64,000 nt of DNA. Source: Mobula hypostoma (taxonomy: Eukaryota). The notes under the pieces are model-generated. The model had not been told where the DNA came from, made no database searches, and saw nothing but the letters and a program-made list of their open reading frames with translations. Both the position numbers and the translations under genes were made by a program. Below, piece by piece: positions 25,440-38,735 of this stretch. The stretch is from the NCBI RefSeq assembly GCF_963921235.1, contig NC_086118.1:20028001-20092000 (forward strand), given 5' to 3'. Within the stretch, counting starts at the first letter, position 1; every line of letters begins with the position of its first letter.

Positions 25440-27395
25440 GGGTGCCTATAAAAAATTATTCTTCCCCAACTGCCCCCCCCCGGAAGTTTTCATGTTTTAG
25501 TGTTTTACAACATTAAGTCACAGAAAAAGGCTCTTTCCTGTCAAAGTGAAAACAGATCTTTACAAAGTGATCTAAATTCATTACAAATATAAACTACAAA
25601 ATAATTGATTGCATAAGTATTCACCCCCGCCCCCTTAATATGAGATAACAAATCATCACTGGTACAGCCAATTTTTTTTAGAAGACACTTAATTAGTTAA
25701 GATGTCCTAGTTATATATAAACCTATGTACTGTCAAGGTGTTTCAATTGATCGTAGTAAAAATACACCTGCACCTGGAAACTCCAACTTCTAAAACTACA
25801 CCATGAAGACAAAAGAACACTCCAAGCAATTCTGCGAAGAGGTTTTTGAAAAGCACAAATGGACACAAGAAAATTTCCAAGTCACTGAATATCCCTTGGA
25901 GTACAGTTAAGTCAATCAACAAGAGTTGGAAAGAATACGGCACAGCTGTAAATCTGACTAGAGCAAGCCGTTCTCAAAAACTGAGTGACTGTGCGAGAAT
26001 GGGACTGGTGAGGGAGGCCACCAAGAGACATATGACAACTCGGGAGGAGTTGCAAGCTTCAGTGGCTGAGATGGGAGAGACTGCACATACAACAACTGCT
26101 GCCCGGGTGCTTCACCAGTCACAGCTTTATGGTAGATTTGCAAAGGGAAAGTCACTGTTGAAAAAAACTCACATGAAATCTCAGTTGGAGTTTGCCAGAA
26201 GGCATGTGGGAGCCTCTGAAGTCAGCTAGAAGAAGGTTCTATAATCTGATTAAACCAAAATTGAGCTTTTTGGCCATCAGGCTAAACACAATGTTTGGTG
26301 TAAGCCAAGCACTGCACATCATCAAAAACACACCATCCTACCATGAAGCATGGTGGTGACTGCATCATACTGTGGGGATAGAAACATAAAAGAAACAAAG
26401 AAAACCTACAGCACAACACAGGCCCTTCGGCCCACAAAGCTGTGCCGAGCATGTCCTTACCTTAGAAATTACCTAGGGTTACCCATAGCCCTCCATTTTT
26501 CTAAGCTCCATGTACCTATCCAGGAGTCTCTTAAAAGACCCTATCATATCTGCTTCCACCACCGTCGCTGGCAGCCCATTCCACGCACTCACCACTCTCC
26601 GTACATCTCCGCTGACATCTCCTCTGTACCTACTTCCAAGCACCTTAAAACTGTGCCCTCTCATGCTAGACATTTCAGCCCAGGGAAAAAGCCTCTGACT
26701 ATCTACACGATCAATGCCTCTCATCATATAAACTGCCTCTCATCATCTTATACACTGCTTCACTGCACTGCAGCAGGCCCTGGAAGGCTCGTGATGGTAG
26801 AGGGTAAGATGAGTGCAGCCAAATATAGGGATATCCTGGAAGAAAACCTAATACAGTCTGCAAGAGAACTGTGACTTGGGAGATTTGTTTTCCAGCAAGA
26901 CAATGATCCCAAGCATAAAGCCAAAACTACACAGGAGTCGTTTAAAAACAACCAGGTTAATGTCCTGGAGTGGCCAAGTCAGAGTCCAGACCTCAATCCA
27001 ATTGAGAATTTGTGGACTTGAAAAGAGCCGATTAATCATGATCTCCATGTAATCTGACAGACCTTGAGCAGTTTTGTAAAGAAGAATGGGGAAAAATTGC
27101 TGTGTCCAGATCTGCAAAGCTGATAGAAACCTATCCACACAGACTCTAGGCTGTAATTGTTGCAAAAGTGCATCTACTAAATACCAAATTGAAGGGGGTG
27201 AGTAATTATGCAATCATTTATTTTGTGTTTAAGAATTGTAATCAATTTAGACCAATTAGTAGAACTTTCACTTTGACACAAAAGAGTCTTTTCTGTCAAT
27301 CAGTGTCAAAAAAGCCAAATTAAATTCACTGTGATTCAATGTTGCAAAATAATAAAACATGCAAACTTCCAATTTTATACATTTTATAGGCACTG
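25440..27395 (+). mobile_element. Degenerate Tc1-family transposon (second family), interrupted by CR1
   Basis: Termini GTGCCTATAAAA / TTTTATAGGCACTG. Transposase starts MKTKEHSKQ at 25803 and includes FQQDNDPKH and [15 protein letters not shown]. Multiple stops. Confidence 0.9.
26378..26730 (-). mobile_element. CR1 3' end nested in Tc1
   Basis: RGIDRVDSQRLFP...RGHSFKVLG on the minus strand, with a CR1 microsatellite-like tail. Confidence 0.85.
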
Positions 27396-27761
27396 AAGTT
27401 CCCAAATTCTGTTGAATCTCCTTTGCACTCTCTCCAGTGCAATCACATTCAGCTACAAAACAGTGACAAGAATTGCACACAATATGCCAAGTGCAGCCTA
27501 ACCAGTGTTTGGTAAAGTTGCAACATACTAACCCAAGTTTTATATACTACGCCCCAAAGGCAAGCACGTCATCTGCCTTCTTCTCCATCCTAGCTGTCAG
27601 TGAACATGGATTTAAAGCACAAGATCCATCTGTTCATCTTCATTCTTTAATGCCCTACCATTTATTGTAAACCTACCCTTATCTGACTTCCCAAAATGCA
27701 TCACTTCAACTGTGTTGGGATTAAATTCCATCTGCTAATTGCCTGCTCAGTTGTCTACCTG

Positions 27762-28570
27762 ATCTCCCATCTCAGCCACTGAAGCTTCTAACTCCTCCCG
27801 AGTTGGCATATGTCTCTTGGTGGTCTCCATCACTAGTCCCCTTCTTGCACAGTCACTCAGTTTTTGAGAATGGTTTGCTCTAGGCAGATTTACAGCTGTG
27901 CTGTATTCTTTCCATCTGTTGTTGACTGACTTAACTCTACTCCAAGAGATGTTCAGTGACTTGGAAATTTTCCTGTGTCCATCTCCTGACTTGTGCTTTT
28001 CAATAACCTCTTCGCAGAATTGTTTGGAGTGTTCTTTTGTCTTCATGATGTAGTTTTTTCCAAGATACTGATCACCAGTAGTCGGACTTTCCAGATATAG
28101 GTGTATTTTTACTACAATCAATTGAAACACCTTGATAGTACACAGTTCTATATATAACTGGGACACCTTAACTAATTAAGCGACTTCTAAAAAAAATGGT
28201 TGGACCAGTGATGATTTGTGGTGTCATATTAAAGGGGGTACGTGGCCAAGTGGTTAAGGGATTGGACTAGCGACCTGAAAGTCGTGAGTTCGAGCTCCAG
28301 CCGAGGGAGCGTGTTGTGTCCTTGAGCAAGGCACTTAATCACACAGCGCTCTGCGATGACACTGGTGCCAAGCTGTATGGGTCCTAATGCCCTTCCCTTG
28401 GACAACATCGATGGCATGGAGAGGGGAGACTTGCAGCATGGGCAACTGCTGGTCTTCCATACAACCTTGCCCAGGCCTGCGCCCTGGAGAGTGAAGATTT
28501 TTCAGGCGCAGATCCATGGTCTCACAAGACTAACGGATGCCTTTACTTTACTTTATTAAAGGGGGTGAAT
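27762..28570 (-). mobile_element. 5' part of a second copy of the same Tc1 family, inverted
   Basis: Minus ORF MKTKEHSKQFCEEVIEKHKSGDGHRKISKSLNISWS...EASVAEMG, closely similar to 25803-26075. Confidence 0.88.
28240..28553 (+). mobile_element. tRNA-derived SINE with Pol III A/B boxes, nested in Tc1
   Basis: A box TGGCCAAGTGG, B box GTTCGAGCTCC, CORE-like GTGTCCTTGAGCAAGGCACTTAA, (CTTTA)n tail. 13-bp TSD TATTAAAGGGGGT at 28227-28239 and 28554-28566. Confidence 0.88.
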
Positions 28571-29080
28571 TGACCTAGCACTACACAATTTTTTATGTGC
28601 AAAAGATCAAAGAAAATTCAGGACAATTCAAATAAAGTCAAATATTTACAAAGCTTTCTTTGAACTAACCATGTAACATTTTCAAATGCCTGGATCTTCC
28701 CACCACCACACCCATTTCACTTTCCGTGGTCCACTTCCAGTCAGCTGCTCTCTCTGCTTCATTCTGTACCAACTATTGTTGGTATTCCTTGGATAGCTGC
28801 TCCAAAACTCTGGCTATTCCTGTTTCTAGTTTACCCTACATGATCCACATGATCTTCAGGCTAGCATCTTCCTACCAGGTCCATTTCTCTACAGCTTGAA
28901 TTCTTTCGGCACCCTATTTTGCTACATCCATCCCAAACCTCATCATTTTCTGCACTAACCACTAGCTTTTTCTCTTCCCTTCGCACTGTGCCTGATTACT
29001 CTTGTTCAGTCCTCGGTTAGTTGTCACTTCGCTCTGTTCATCCCAATTCCCAGTTCACCCTACACAGTCCATTAGGCCAC

Positions 29081-29316
29081 TGCGCTGTATTTAATATCTC
29101 ATTATGATTTGAGTCATGTAAATATTTTATTTGATTAAGCATTCTTTGTTTCCATAATTCATTATGGGTTATTTGTAAGAAGTACGTGAATGGCATACGT
29201 TATTACGGCACCACATCATATGCGAGCACCTCACTAAAAGTAAAACAAAGTAGACATGTTATTTGGGGCTCCTGCGTTTTTCTTCCAATTAGTTTCTGGA
29301 GTTACAAAACATAAAA
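29081..29316 (+). mobile_element. Degenerate solo LTR related to the Gypsy LTR at 2415-2654
   Basis: Shares AAGTACGTGAATGGCATACGT..T..C..CACCAC and TGGAGTTA with the reverse complement of 2415-2654. Confidence 0.6.
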
Positions 29317-29964
29317 TCTTTCAGGTCAGCCTGAGTTCCAGCCTGCCATTTTCCTTTTAAGACCACCAGCACCACACCCCTGCCTTCTCCCTTTTAGGTG
29401 CACCTCACACTGCTGGTTCTGTATCCAATTTGCCATTTTCACCCTGGATCTGCGGCCTCCATGCTTTCCCCTGCGGTCCACTACCTCTGTGTCCTCAAAG
29501 ATCACTCTCATGTTAGCCTGTCTTCTCAGATTGCTCATGCGTCCATGTGCACTTGAGCTCCGGCCTGCCATCTTCCCTTCAGATCAGCCTGAACTTCACC
29601 CTGCTGACTCCGCACCCAGTTTTCCCTGACACATTGACCCATCGAATCTATACTAGCACACAGTGCATCTCATTCCCTCAGCAAGCAAAATCTGCTTTAA
29701 ATACACCCAGTGATTTAGCCTCTTCAAATCCCCATATCTCAGAACAACAACACATTAACAATACTTCTCCTTGGGCAGAACCCAGAGTAGAAGCTGCAGA
29801 CAAGTCTGAATGTTCATGCTGCATCCAACGTTACTGGGTACTCCTTCCCACCTATCTCACACTACAGCTTCCCAGTCATCCCTGTGACTACACTCCCATC
29901 CCTTGCCTATCACAGCTCTCTTTCACTGACTCCATTCTCTGTTTTTTTATTTGATGTGCTGGGG

Positions 29965-30225
29965 CTCAGAATGGGCCTTTCCAGTCCTTTAAGCCTCACC
30001 ACCCAGCAATCCCCCAATTTAATCCTAGTCTGATCACAGGATAATTTACAATGACCAATTAACCTACCAACCGGTACATCTTTGGACTGTGGGAGGAAAC
30101 CAAAGCACACGGAGGAAGCCCACACTGTCACAGGGAGCAAGTACAAAACCTTACAGGCAGTAGCAGGAAATGAACCCAGGTCACCTGTACTGCAAAGAGT
30201 TGTGCGAACCACTATGCCACCATGC
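29965..30225 (-). mobile_element. HE1/V-type SINE
   Basis: Minus strand has a tRNA-like head (GGGTTCATTTCC) and the V-domain-like TTTCCTCCCACAGTCCAAAGATGTACCGGTTGGTAGGTTAATTGGTCATTGTAAATT. Confidence 0.75.
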
Positions 30226-32949
30226 TCCCCTTGATTGTCTCCTTCTCTCTGGACCAAATTGAAGTCAAAGCCTCAATCACCCCCCATCCAAGCCTTAACC
30301 TGGTCTCCAATCCAATTTCCAATCCAGGTTTGTCCCCATCCCTTGTAATCCCCAGACCTGGTCTTGATCCCAGACCTAACTAATACTCTCTGCACTCTCT
30401 GATGGTTCAACTTACTAATGAAATACTGCATAATGTAATTCACTAGTGCCCAAGGTGACTTGTATTACGTATTATTCAGTACATGTGAATAATATTGGGT
30501 TAACTTGAACCAAAACCATTATCACCTGCTCTTCAACGGCCTTTTAATTCACATATCCCAGTCCTGATAAATTCCAAGTCCAATATTTTCTCCAAATTTT
30601 CTCTATAAAATCTTTTCAATGTTTTGAATATTTAATCAACCCACCTCTCAGTTTCCCATAACCAGAAGAATGAGATGTGAGAAATGGTTTTACTAATTCC
30701 AATTATTTCTGAATATACCTCTGCCACTTCTTAATCCTGAAATAATTCCTCCCATAAAATTGCATTGAATAATGAGAGAGCTCAGTGCTCTTTTAGTAGA
30801 GTTTGCACATCAACCAAATTTTCTAAAGAAGAGGCTATGGCAAAGTTCTTCAAGCTAATTCTAAGTTGGGTTTGGCAAGTGATCACTGAGGCTTAGGTTT
30901 AAGCCTCACTCCAGAGCAACGTGAAGTGCAGTCTTCTGGTTCTTTTGTTTCAATAATGCTTAAATACAAATGTTTCTATGATTTTGGTAGGGCTCCATCT
31001 TTCTGCTTTGGACAATGTACAAACGTTTGTACTAAAGTTATCTAAGTTGCAGGACCTTTTTGTACAGTAATCTGTTCGAACGAAGGATTAAGATCACAAG
31101 GTTCAGGCAGAAATAAACATTTTTAATGCATCAGATTCACCACTGGAGCTTCTGATGATTGTTACTCACAGGTTTCTGATGGTCTGACACAATGGTACTA
31201 TGAAAGTTGACAGACAGATGGGCCCACACAGAACTCTGCAGGTCTTAGCTGGATAGGTAGTAATTGGCAGCTCTTAAATACACTTGTCCATTCTTGCAGT
31301 ATATAAAAAAACACAAGTTCACAGGAAGTGTAGTCAGCCAACAGAATTTGTTGTTACAATTGGACTACCTTACAAATCCCACTACCAAGTAAGGCAGAGG
31401 GACTGCAAGGGAGGCCAGTTTTAACAGTCTCAGGTGCCTTGTTGACACGATCGGCAACATCAAAGCAAGCAAGGGCACTAAACAAATTATGCTATTCTTC
31501 ACAAAAAATCCTGATATGCTGTTGCAAGCTGTTAGCACTGCTGTAATAGCTCTCCATATGCTTGTATGATTTTATAACATAAAGTCAGCTTACTTTCAGT
31601 GCCAAATTAACATGAGATAGAAATTGGAAAATGTTATCACTCAGACTTAAGAAAAGAAAAGTTAGGTGTTTTGATAAGGCATCTAGAATAATTCATGTGC
31701 AAGATAAAGCCACAATAGCAACATAAAGGTATATCAAAGTCAGAATGAGTGGAGTCTTGTTATGGAATCAATTCTCATATTTCTTTACTAACATTGCCGC
31801 TGTTGCAGTAATGAAACGGACAACAAAATACTTGATGCTTGCAAAAAGATTAATGAATGCACAGTTGGAGCATGGATTTGTGGTGAATTGAATTAAAGGA
31901 ACTCTACTTGATTTGAAAAATACATTAACCTTTTGACTTATGTTTGTGTAGCTGGAGACTACATTGTACTGAGACGTTCATTAGAATTTCAGTGAGAGTG
32001 CGAGAGGGAGGATAATGATGTGGACCAGACAGTCAGTCCATGCACTTAATATTTCCAAATGTAAGTCAATGAACAATTCTGCTTTTAGGTCCGTGCATTG
32101 CCTGAGGTAATCTGATAGATTGGTAGAAAAGACGTCAACATGCCTAGAAGAAAATAGATCATCAGGATTTGAGAATCACAACTGCAAATGAACTTAGTGA
32201 ACTCTTACAGCATTCCATTAGGGGCTACTCGCCATCAGTACCACTAACATGATAGAATAATTATTTCTTCATAAAATGAATTAGCTAACACACAATAGTG
32301 TTACTTTAAAAGATACCATTAAATTGGTAGAGTTATAAATGTATCAGGTTTTATAATGTACATTGCCATGTTTCTACTGATGAAAATTTCATATGTACTC
32401 TATTCCTATAATGATAAAGTATTGCCGTTATCTTTATTCCATAGACAATTCAAACCTCATTACATCTGCAATGAAACAGAAGCTTTGCCTTCTTCTGACA
32501 GAACGGCTCAAATATCTTGAATTGCCTCAAAGTTTATAACATAATTACTTAATGTAGACTTGTACTCCTGTTTGGAATCCTGTCAAGAAAAAGCACCAAT
32601 TCTGTGTAGTTTCTTTTAGATGATAATTCCCAATATTTTATTGCATAATTGTTAGGAATGATTCACAAATTAGAAATTGAGCTTACTAAAATATTGAACA
32701 GTTTTTTTGTCTCGCAAAGATCACATATGTTGTGGAATGAAGAGTAAAAAGTTAGGTCTATGTTGCACAGCTGGAGAGGTCAAAACATGGATTAATGGTA
32801 GTTCCCAAGTTATTCAAAGCTGCTCAGTGTTAACTAGTTTCTATTTCTAGAAAAACTGATTGGACTACTGGAAAAGAGAACAGTTTTTGCACATCAGTTA
32901 TGAGATTTGGTATTTTGATATTTGAGATTATATCGGATGAAGACTAAAA

Positions 32950-33500
32950 TGGTGTGCAGTTTTGGTCCCCTAATCTGAGGAAAGACATTCTTGCCATAGA
33001 AGGGGTACAAAGAAGGTTCACCAGATTGATTCCTGAGATGGCAGGACTTTCATATGATGAAAGACTCGATCGACTAGGCTTATACTCTCTGGAATTTAGA
33101 AGATTGAGGGGGGATCTTATTGAAACGTATAAAATTCTAAAGGGATTGGACAGGGTAGATGTAGGAAGATTGTTCCCGACGTTGGGGAAGTCCAGAACGA
33201 GGGGTCACAGTTTGAGGATGAAGGGGAAACCTTTTAGGACCGAGATAAGGAAAAACTTCTTCACACAGAGAGTGGTGAATCTGTGGAATTCTCTGCCACA
33301 GGAAACAGTTGAGGCCAGTTCATTGGCTATATTTAAGAGGGAGTTAGATATGGCCCTTGTGGCTAAAGAGATCCGGGGGTGTAGAGAGAAGGCAGGTACA
33401 GGGTTCTGAGTTGGATGATCAGCCATGATCATACTGAATGGCGGTGCAGGCTCGAAGGGCCGAATGGCCTACTCCTGCACCTATTTTCTATGTTTCTATG
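32950..33500 (+). mobile_element. Young 5'-truncated CR1 LINE 3' end (open frame 32954-33409)
   Basis: QFWSPNLRKDILAIEGVQRRFTRLIP...RTRGHSLR...FFTQRVVNLWNSLP, 3' UTR, and TTCTATGT tail. Confidence 0.92.
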
Positions 33501-35272
33501 TTTTTTAAAATATTCAGTGGGAAAGTAAAAGGATTGGATTCCTATTGGATTTTCCACGTCAAAGTCAGCAATTAGAAATTTCAACCGAGATATAAAGCCT
33601 AAACTCAATCTTATTAAGGTATAATAAAATGCTGATAAATCAACATCTGATTGTTAGGAATCCCAGTGTTCTGCCAGCTAGTTTAGTCATTAGATCAGAG
33701 CGTGAACTGGGAGTCAGGTACGCAGATGGAACCAAAGGTCTGGAATACAGCCGGGAGCAGAGTGCTGCCACTGGGCCAAGCAGACAATTGGACTCAGGAT
33801 GTGGATTACCAGAGGTCAGGGAGTTGGTAGGTTTGCAACCAGACAAGCCAAAATATACAGCTAAAATATTTTGGGTTCTGTTTCTCTCTCCCTTTAAACT
33901 CACCGTTTCAGTGGAAATTATTGTAGCATATTGAAGAGCCATGTTAAAGAGGTCATGATCGACAGCTGCGCTAAACCTACGTTCTTCACGAATGTTCGGG
34001 TCTCACTCTTTGGATCTCGCTGAGTGGCCTGCGCTTCGGTGCGCCAATTCCTCACCAATGTCGCCGACTGAAACAGCACGGGAGATCAAAGTATCGACAC
34101 GAAGGAAGCAGCTGTCAGAATCCTCTGCACTCAAGTGATCTCTCTCTCTCTCTCTCTCTATGATGAAAGTGAGTTTGCTGATTCTTGAGTCGGGGAGCTC
34201 AAATAAGCGATGCAGCAGACTGTAACATCGAAACAGCGAGCTCCTCTCTGGCTGTGGCAGGAGCAATATCTCTCTCTCCCTCGTTGGTGAGAGAGCGGGT
34301 CTGCTGATACATCAAGGTGTTGGGATGTTCAGTGGTTTTTGATGGACTATAGACCATGGTCTCTGGGGGCTTGCGATTGCTTGTATGGTAGGGAGTGGGT
34401 GGGGCGGGTGGTGTCGATGCTTTTTGCTGGAATGTGGGGGGAAGGGGAGGGGGTGGATTGATACTTTGGGACGTACTTGGGAAGGGGGAGGGAGCTTTTG
34501 GGTTCTAACATTTTTCTGTCATTCATTCTTTCGGGTACTTTTTTCTCTCTGTTTCATGGATGTCTGCAAAGAGTAAGGATCTCAGGTTGTATACTGTATA
34601 TTTTCTCTGACATTATATTGAACCATTGAATCAAGTAAGGCTGCTGGATTACAGACTTTTGCAGTCATTGGTAACTGGAGTATTTTAAGCTGAAGCTCCT
34701 GCTTCATTATAACTGTTAGGAGGGGTGAAACTGCAGCAAGGGGTGCATAGTAATTGTGTGTTCACATATACCAGTCTGAATTACCATTAAAGCAGCTTTT
34801 ATATAACATTGTCACAAGAGGTAGTGAAGGTACCATTGTCTTCATTACAGCTGACTCATGTGAATTCAGTGGGAAATCAGTATATCAAGTAAGCAAAAAC
34901 ATTAAGTCATATGGGTGGCAACAGGTGGAAGTCTTGCCATCAATGCCGGTGGGAGTTCACTTAAGATGATCTAGTAGTGTAATTATCGTAGGATAGAGTA
35001 TGCTGCATAAGGATTCACGTCCCTAATGAAGGTAGCAGCCAAAATAGATGGCAGTCTCCATACTTCTTAGAGGCATGAAGGCAAGTTTATAAAACAAACC
35101 TGTTTTACCATGCGTATAATTAGAAGCTAAAGAGTAGACATGGGAATCTTTAATTGCTCTTTTATATACATAAGGTGAGTAATAAGAGCAGTAAATATAA
35201 AGTTACCTTGTTGGAAGAAGAAGTAACTATAACAATTCTTATTGATGGTATAACCAATTGGTCCATTACAGG

Positions 35273-35910
35273 TGAAACCCACTGGTTTCCTTGGCTGCAT
35301 AAATCTAGGGAAGACACTCTCAACTCCCACCAGAATCCTGAGATTGAGATGGCTCGTCCCACCCCAAACCCCGGTTTGATTGGATGCTGGGTAATTTGCT
35401 ACCGTTACAAATTAGGGCCACGAAATAACAGACGGCACACTGCATACAATTAAAGGAATTGTATTTATGAATCTTAACTTAACTAAGGGGTTAGTAAAAA
35501 ATAACAAAAAGAAAAGGGCCTATTCTACTTAAGCAGTCAAATGTGCACAAGTTGGAGTTCATCTTGAACTTCTCTGTCACTCACGTGCTGGGCCCTCGCT
35601 CAACGTGGAAACACACACCACCTTCTGAACGTTGCTTGCAATCCACCTTGAACAAACAGATCTCCCACCGGATCGTATGCTACAACCAGTTCTCCCCAGC
35701 GTCTTCTCTCTCCATCTCCGGCTAAACGCAAGCCAAGACCAACCTTATTGTCCCTCACCAAGAAAACCTCCCGCTAATTGGATGGCACGCGTTCCACATC
35801 ATCCCTTATCTTCAACAATAACCCAAACAGGCTGAAAGCAGAACAAACAGCTCTTACAGAGCAGCTAAATGAAATACCCCCAGCATAACAGATCTGAAAC
35901 GGGCATTACA
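35273..35910 (-). mobile_element. Solo LTR, about 640 bp
   Basis: Minus-strand termini TGTAATGCCC...GGGTTTCA. Flanks CAGG (35269-35272) and TAGG (35911-35914) form a near-TSD with one mismatch. Confidence 0.7.
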
Positions 35911-36703
35911 TAGGCTAGAATATGTATTTAAAGTATGCCCATCAGCTTTTAGCGAGGCAGTTGAAGACAGTGTTGGCACCCTCCGAAGTGACCTTCATGG
36001 TCATGTATGAAATGTGCTGCTGACAGGAATGGTTGTATCCATTGTGTACCATAGTCATCGGTGATAAACATAAACAACAATGACTGGAGTGGACTGGATC
36101 TGATCAGCTGGATTATGGGACTGTGCTCTTGAAAGGATTGCAGCCTTTGGGAGAGCTGATGTCCAGGTGCTACTCAGATTTTGGGTTGTACTCTCCCGCC
36201 CAGTGTTTAACTGTGTTTGGGAAGAAGCCTAAGCAGTGATGAACACTGGGGCTGAACACAGCAAATCTCCCGCTACCTGACCACAATGCGGACTCAGATA
36301 ATGTCCTATTGCGTGGAGGTGAAAGTGCAAAGACTCAGTAGCAGTTTGCTGCCTCTTTCCAAACACCGTGGACACAACAGCTGGTTTAAACAAAGTCTGT
36401 ATTCTCTTACATTTCTACGTAATGTCTCCCAGCAACTGCCATCTCAAGGTGCAGAATGTTCTTACTTCTGCTTTTCAAGGATCATCGTGAAAGAATCCGT
36501 ACAGGGTAGCCAGCCCTGTCAACCTCCTTGATGGGTCTATGTGCCTAAATCAAATTCATTTACCAAGCTTATTCATGACCAACATTTTAATCCAGATCTC
36601 TATGAGATTTATATTTGCATAAACATATGAGTCCTCAGTGAGAGAAGGCCAGTGCACACCAAAGACCATAAAACATAGGCGCAGAATTAGGCCAATTGGC
36701 CCA

Positions 36704-37546
36704 TCGAGTCTTCTCCACCATTCTATCATGGCTGACTTATTTTCCTTTCATCCCTGTTCTCTTGCCTTCTCCCAGTAACCTTTGACATCTTTACTAACCA
36801 AGAATCTACCAGATTCTGCTTTAAATATACCCAGTGATATGGCCTTCACAGACTGATGCTCTTCCCATTTTAAGTCTTCTTCACAACTTAATCCTGAACC
36901 ACTGACATAGGCTAGGAAAAGCCACCATTCTGGCTGGGTTACATAGACATTAAAATGATGTGTGATATACTGCACTTATGGTGGAACAACGGTGAGTGAC
37001 CAACAGGGTGTACAGTTGTACCTGTTTCTCATGCATCCTTTTCCACGTAATGTTTGATTGTGTAAACTTCTACACAGCTTTGCAATGGACAAATGTTTGA
37101 TTAGTGTGGCCACTAGCTATTCCATGGATTAACCTATCCACTAAATAACTTGGGAGTCGTCTATGTTGGGCTGAGAGCTTCAACTTCTCAGAGCTACAGT
37201 CAGATGTTCCCACCAGCTTAAAAGAGGTATCAATCATACCCTTCGAAAGAACAGGGTAAACTGCTTCAACAACTATCACCTGTACAGGGGTATAGATTGG
37301 ATGATGGAGTGATCAGCCAAAATGGTGGCTTTTCCTAGCCTATGTCAGTGGTTCAGGATTAAGTTGTGAAGAAGACTTAAAATAGGAAGAGCATCAGTCT
37401 ATGAAGGCCAAGTCATTGGGTATATTTAAAGCAGAATTTGGTAGGTTCTTGAATAGTAATGATGTCAAAAGTTACTGGGAGAAGGCAAAAGAACAGGGAT
37501 GAAAGGAAAATAAATCAGCCATGATAGAATGGAGGAGAAGACTCGA
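36704..37546. repeat. Long inverted duplication (arms about 233 bp, spacer about 377 bp)
   Basis: 36704-36936 is the reverse complement, with scattered mismatches, of 37314-37546. The arms include a CR1 3' end plus adjacent non-CR1 sequence. Confidence 0.9.
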
Positions 37547-37559
37547 AGGATCGATAAGC

Positions 37560-38397
37560 TCTCACAAGAAGCTCTCACCCAATGTCAGCAAGACCAAGGA
37601 ATTGATTGTGGCCTTCAGGGAGGGGAAGTTGGGAGAACAGATACAAGTCTTAATTGAAAGGTCAGTGGTGGAAAGGGTGGGCAGCTTCAAGTTCCTGGGC
37701 CAGAGAACTTCAGTGGATCTGACCTGGGCCTAACACATTGACTCAATCACAATGAAGGCATGCCAGCTACTTTACTTAACTGGAACTTTGAGGAGATTTG
37801 GTACGTCACCAAAGGCTCTTGCAAATGTCTTACTGATGCATAATGGAGAGCATTTTGACTGGTTGCCTCAGAGCCTAGCATGGAGGCAGCAATGCACAGG
37901 ATCACAAGGTACTGCAGAGGGTTGTATATCCAGCCAGATCCATCACAGGCACAACCCTACCCATCTTCAAGGACATTTTCAGGAGGCAGCACCTCAAGAA
38001 GCCGGCATCCATTATTATACCCCCTCTCCACCTAGGACATGCCCTCTTTGCATCATTAGCATCAAGGAGGAGGTACAGGAGGCAGAATGTCTTACAGATG
38101 ATGAGGCAGTTTGCAAGGAATTACCAAGTGAACTTGATCAGTTAGGAAGATGGGCTCAGGAACGGCAAATGGATTTCAACATTCTCAGCATTTTAAGAAC
38201 AGCCTTTTCCTCTCCATCATAAGATTTCTGAATGGCCCAAGACTCATGATCACTACCTTATTACTTGTCTTTTGGCACTATTTATTAATTTGCAGTTGAT
38301 AGTTTTTTTATATCTTGTTACTGTACTTGTGCCGCAAAACAATAAATTTCACAACGTACGTCAGCGATAATAAACCTGACTCTGATTCTGATTCTGA
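37560..38397 (+). mobile_element. Rex1/Babar-type LINE 3' fragment
   Basis: NVSKTKELIVAFRE...VERVGSFKFLG and tail TAAACCTGACTCTGATTCTGATTCTGA. Confidence 0.8.
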
Positions 38398-38540
38398 AAT
38401 GTCACTTAACGTGTCCACAATAAGGTCCGAACTCTACCTCAGCTAAAGCAAATTAGGCTGGGGTCATCTGATCACGGTGAGCGAGTAAGGGAGTCAGTTG
38501 TATGTGCCACTATTGATTCAACAAAATAATCAGTAAGTAC

Positions 38541-38735
38541 AAGCAACACTCACAACACGCTGGAGGAACTCAGCAGGTCGGGCAGCATCCGTGGAAAAGA
38601 ACAGTCAACGTTTCAGGTTCTGGCCCAAAATGTCGACCGATCTTTTCCACCGATGCTGCCCGACCTGCTGAGTTCCTCCAGCGTGTTGTGAGTGTTGCTT
38701 TGACCCCAGCATCTTCAGATTATTTTGTGTTTACG
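38541..38735. mobile_element. Hairpin-forming Penelope-derived mini-insertion with TSD
   Basis: AAGCAACACTCACAACACGCTGGAGGAACTCAGCAGGTCGGGCAGCATC is mirrored in reverse complement up to 38700. Flanked by the direct repeat ATCAGTAAGTACAA (38529-38542, 38736-38749). Confidence 0.85.

Noticed and set aside
28236..28312. tRNA gene
   Set aside because: It is the tRNA-derived head of a SINE, with body, tail and TSD, and I cannot build a clean cloverleaf.
29326..29571. Possible Harbinger Myb-like fragment (and a transposase-like hint at about 15760-16010)
   Set aside because: The similarity is too vague to support without a profile search.
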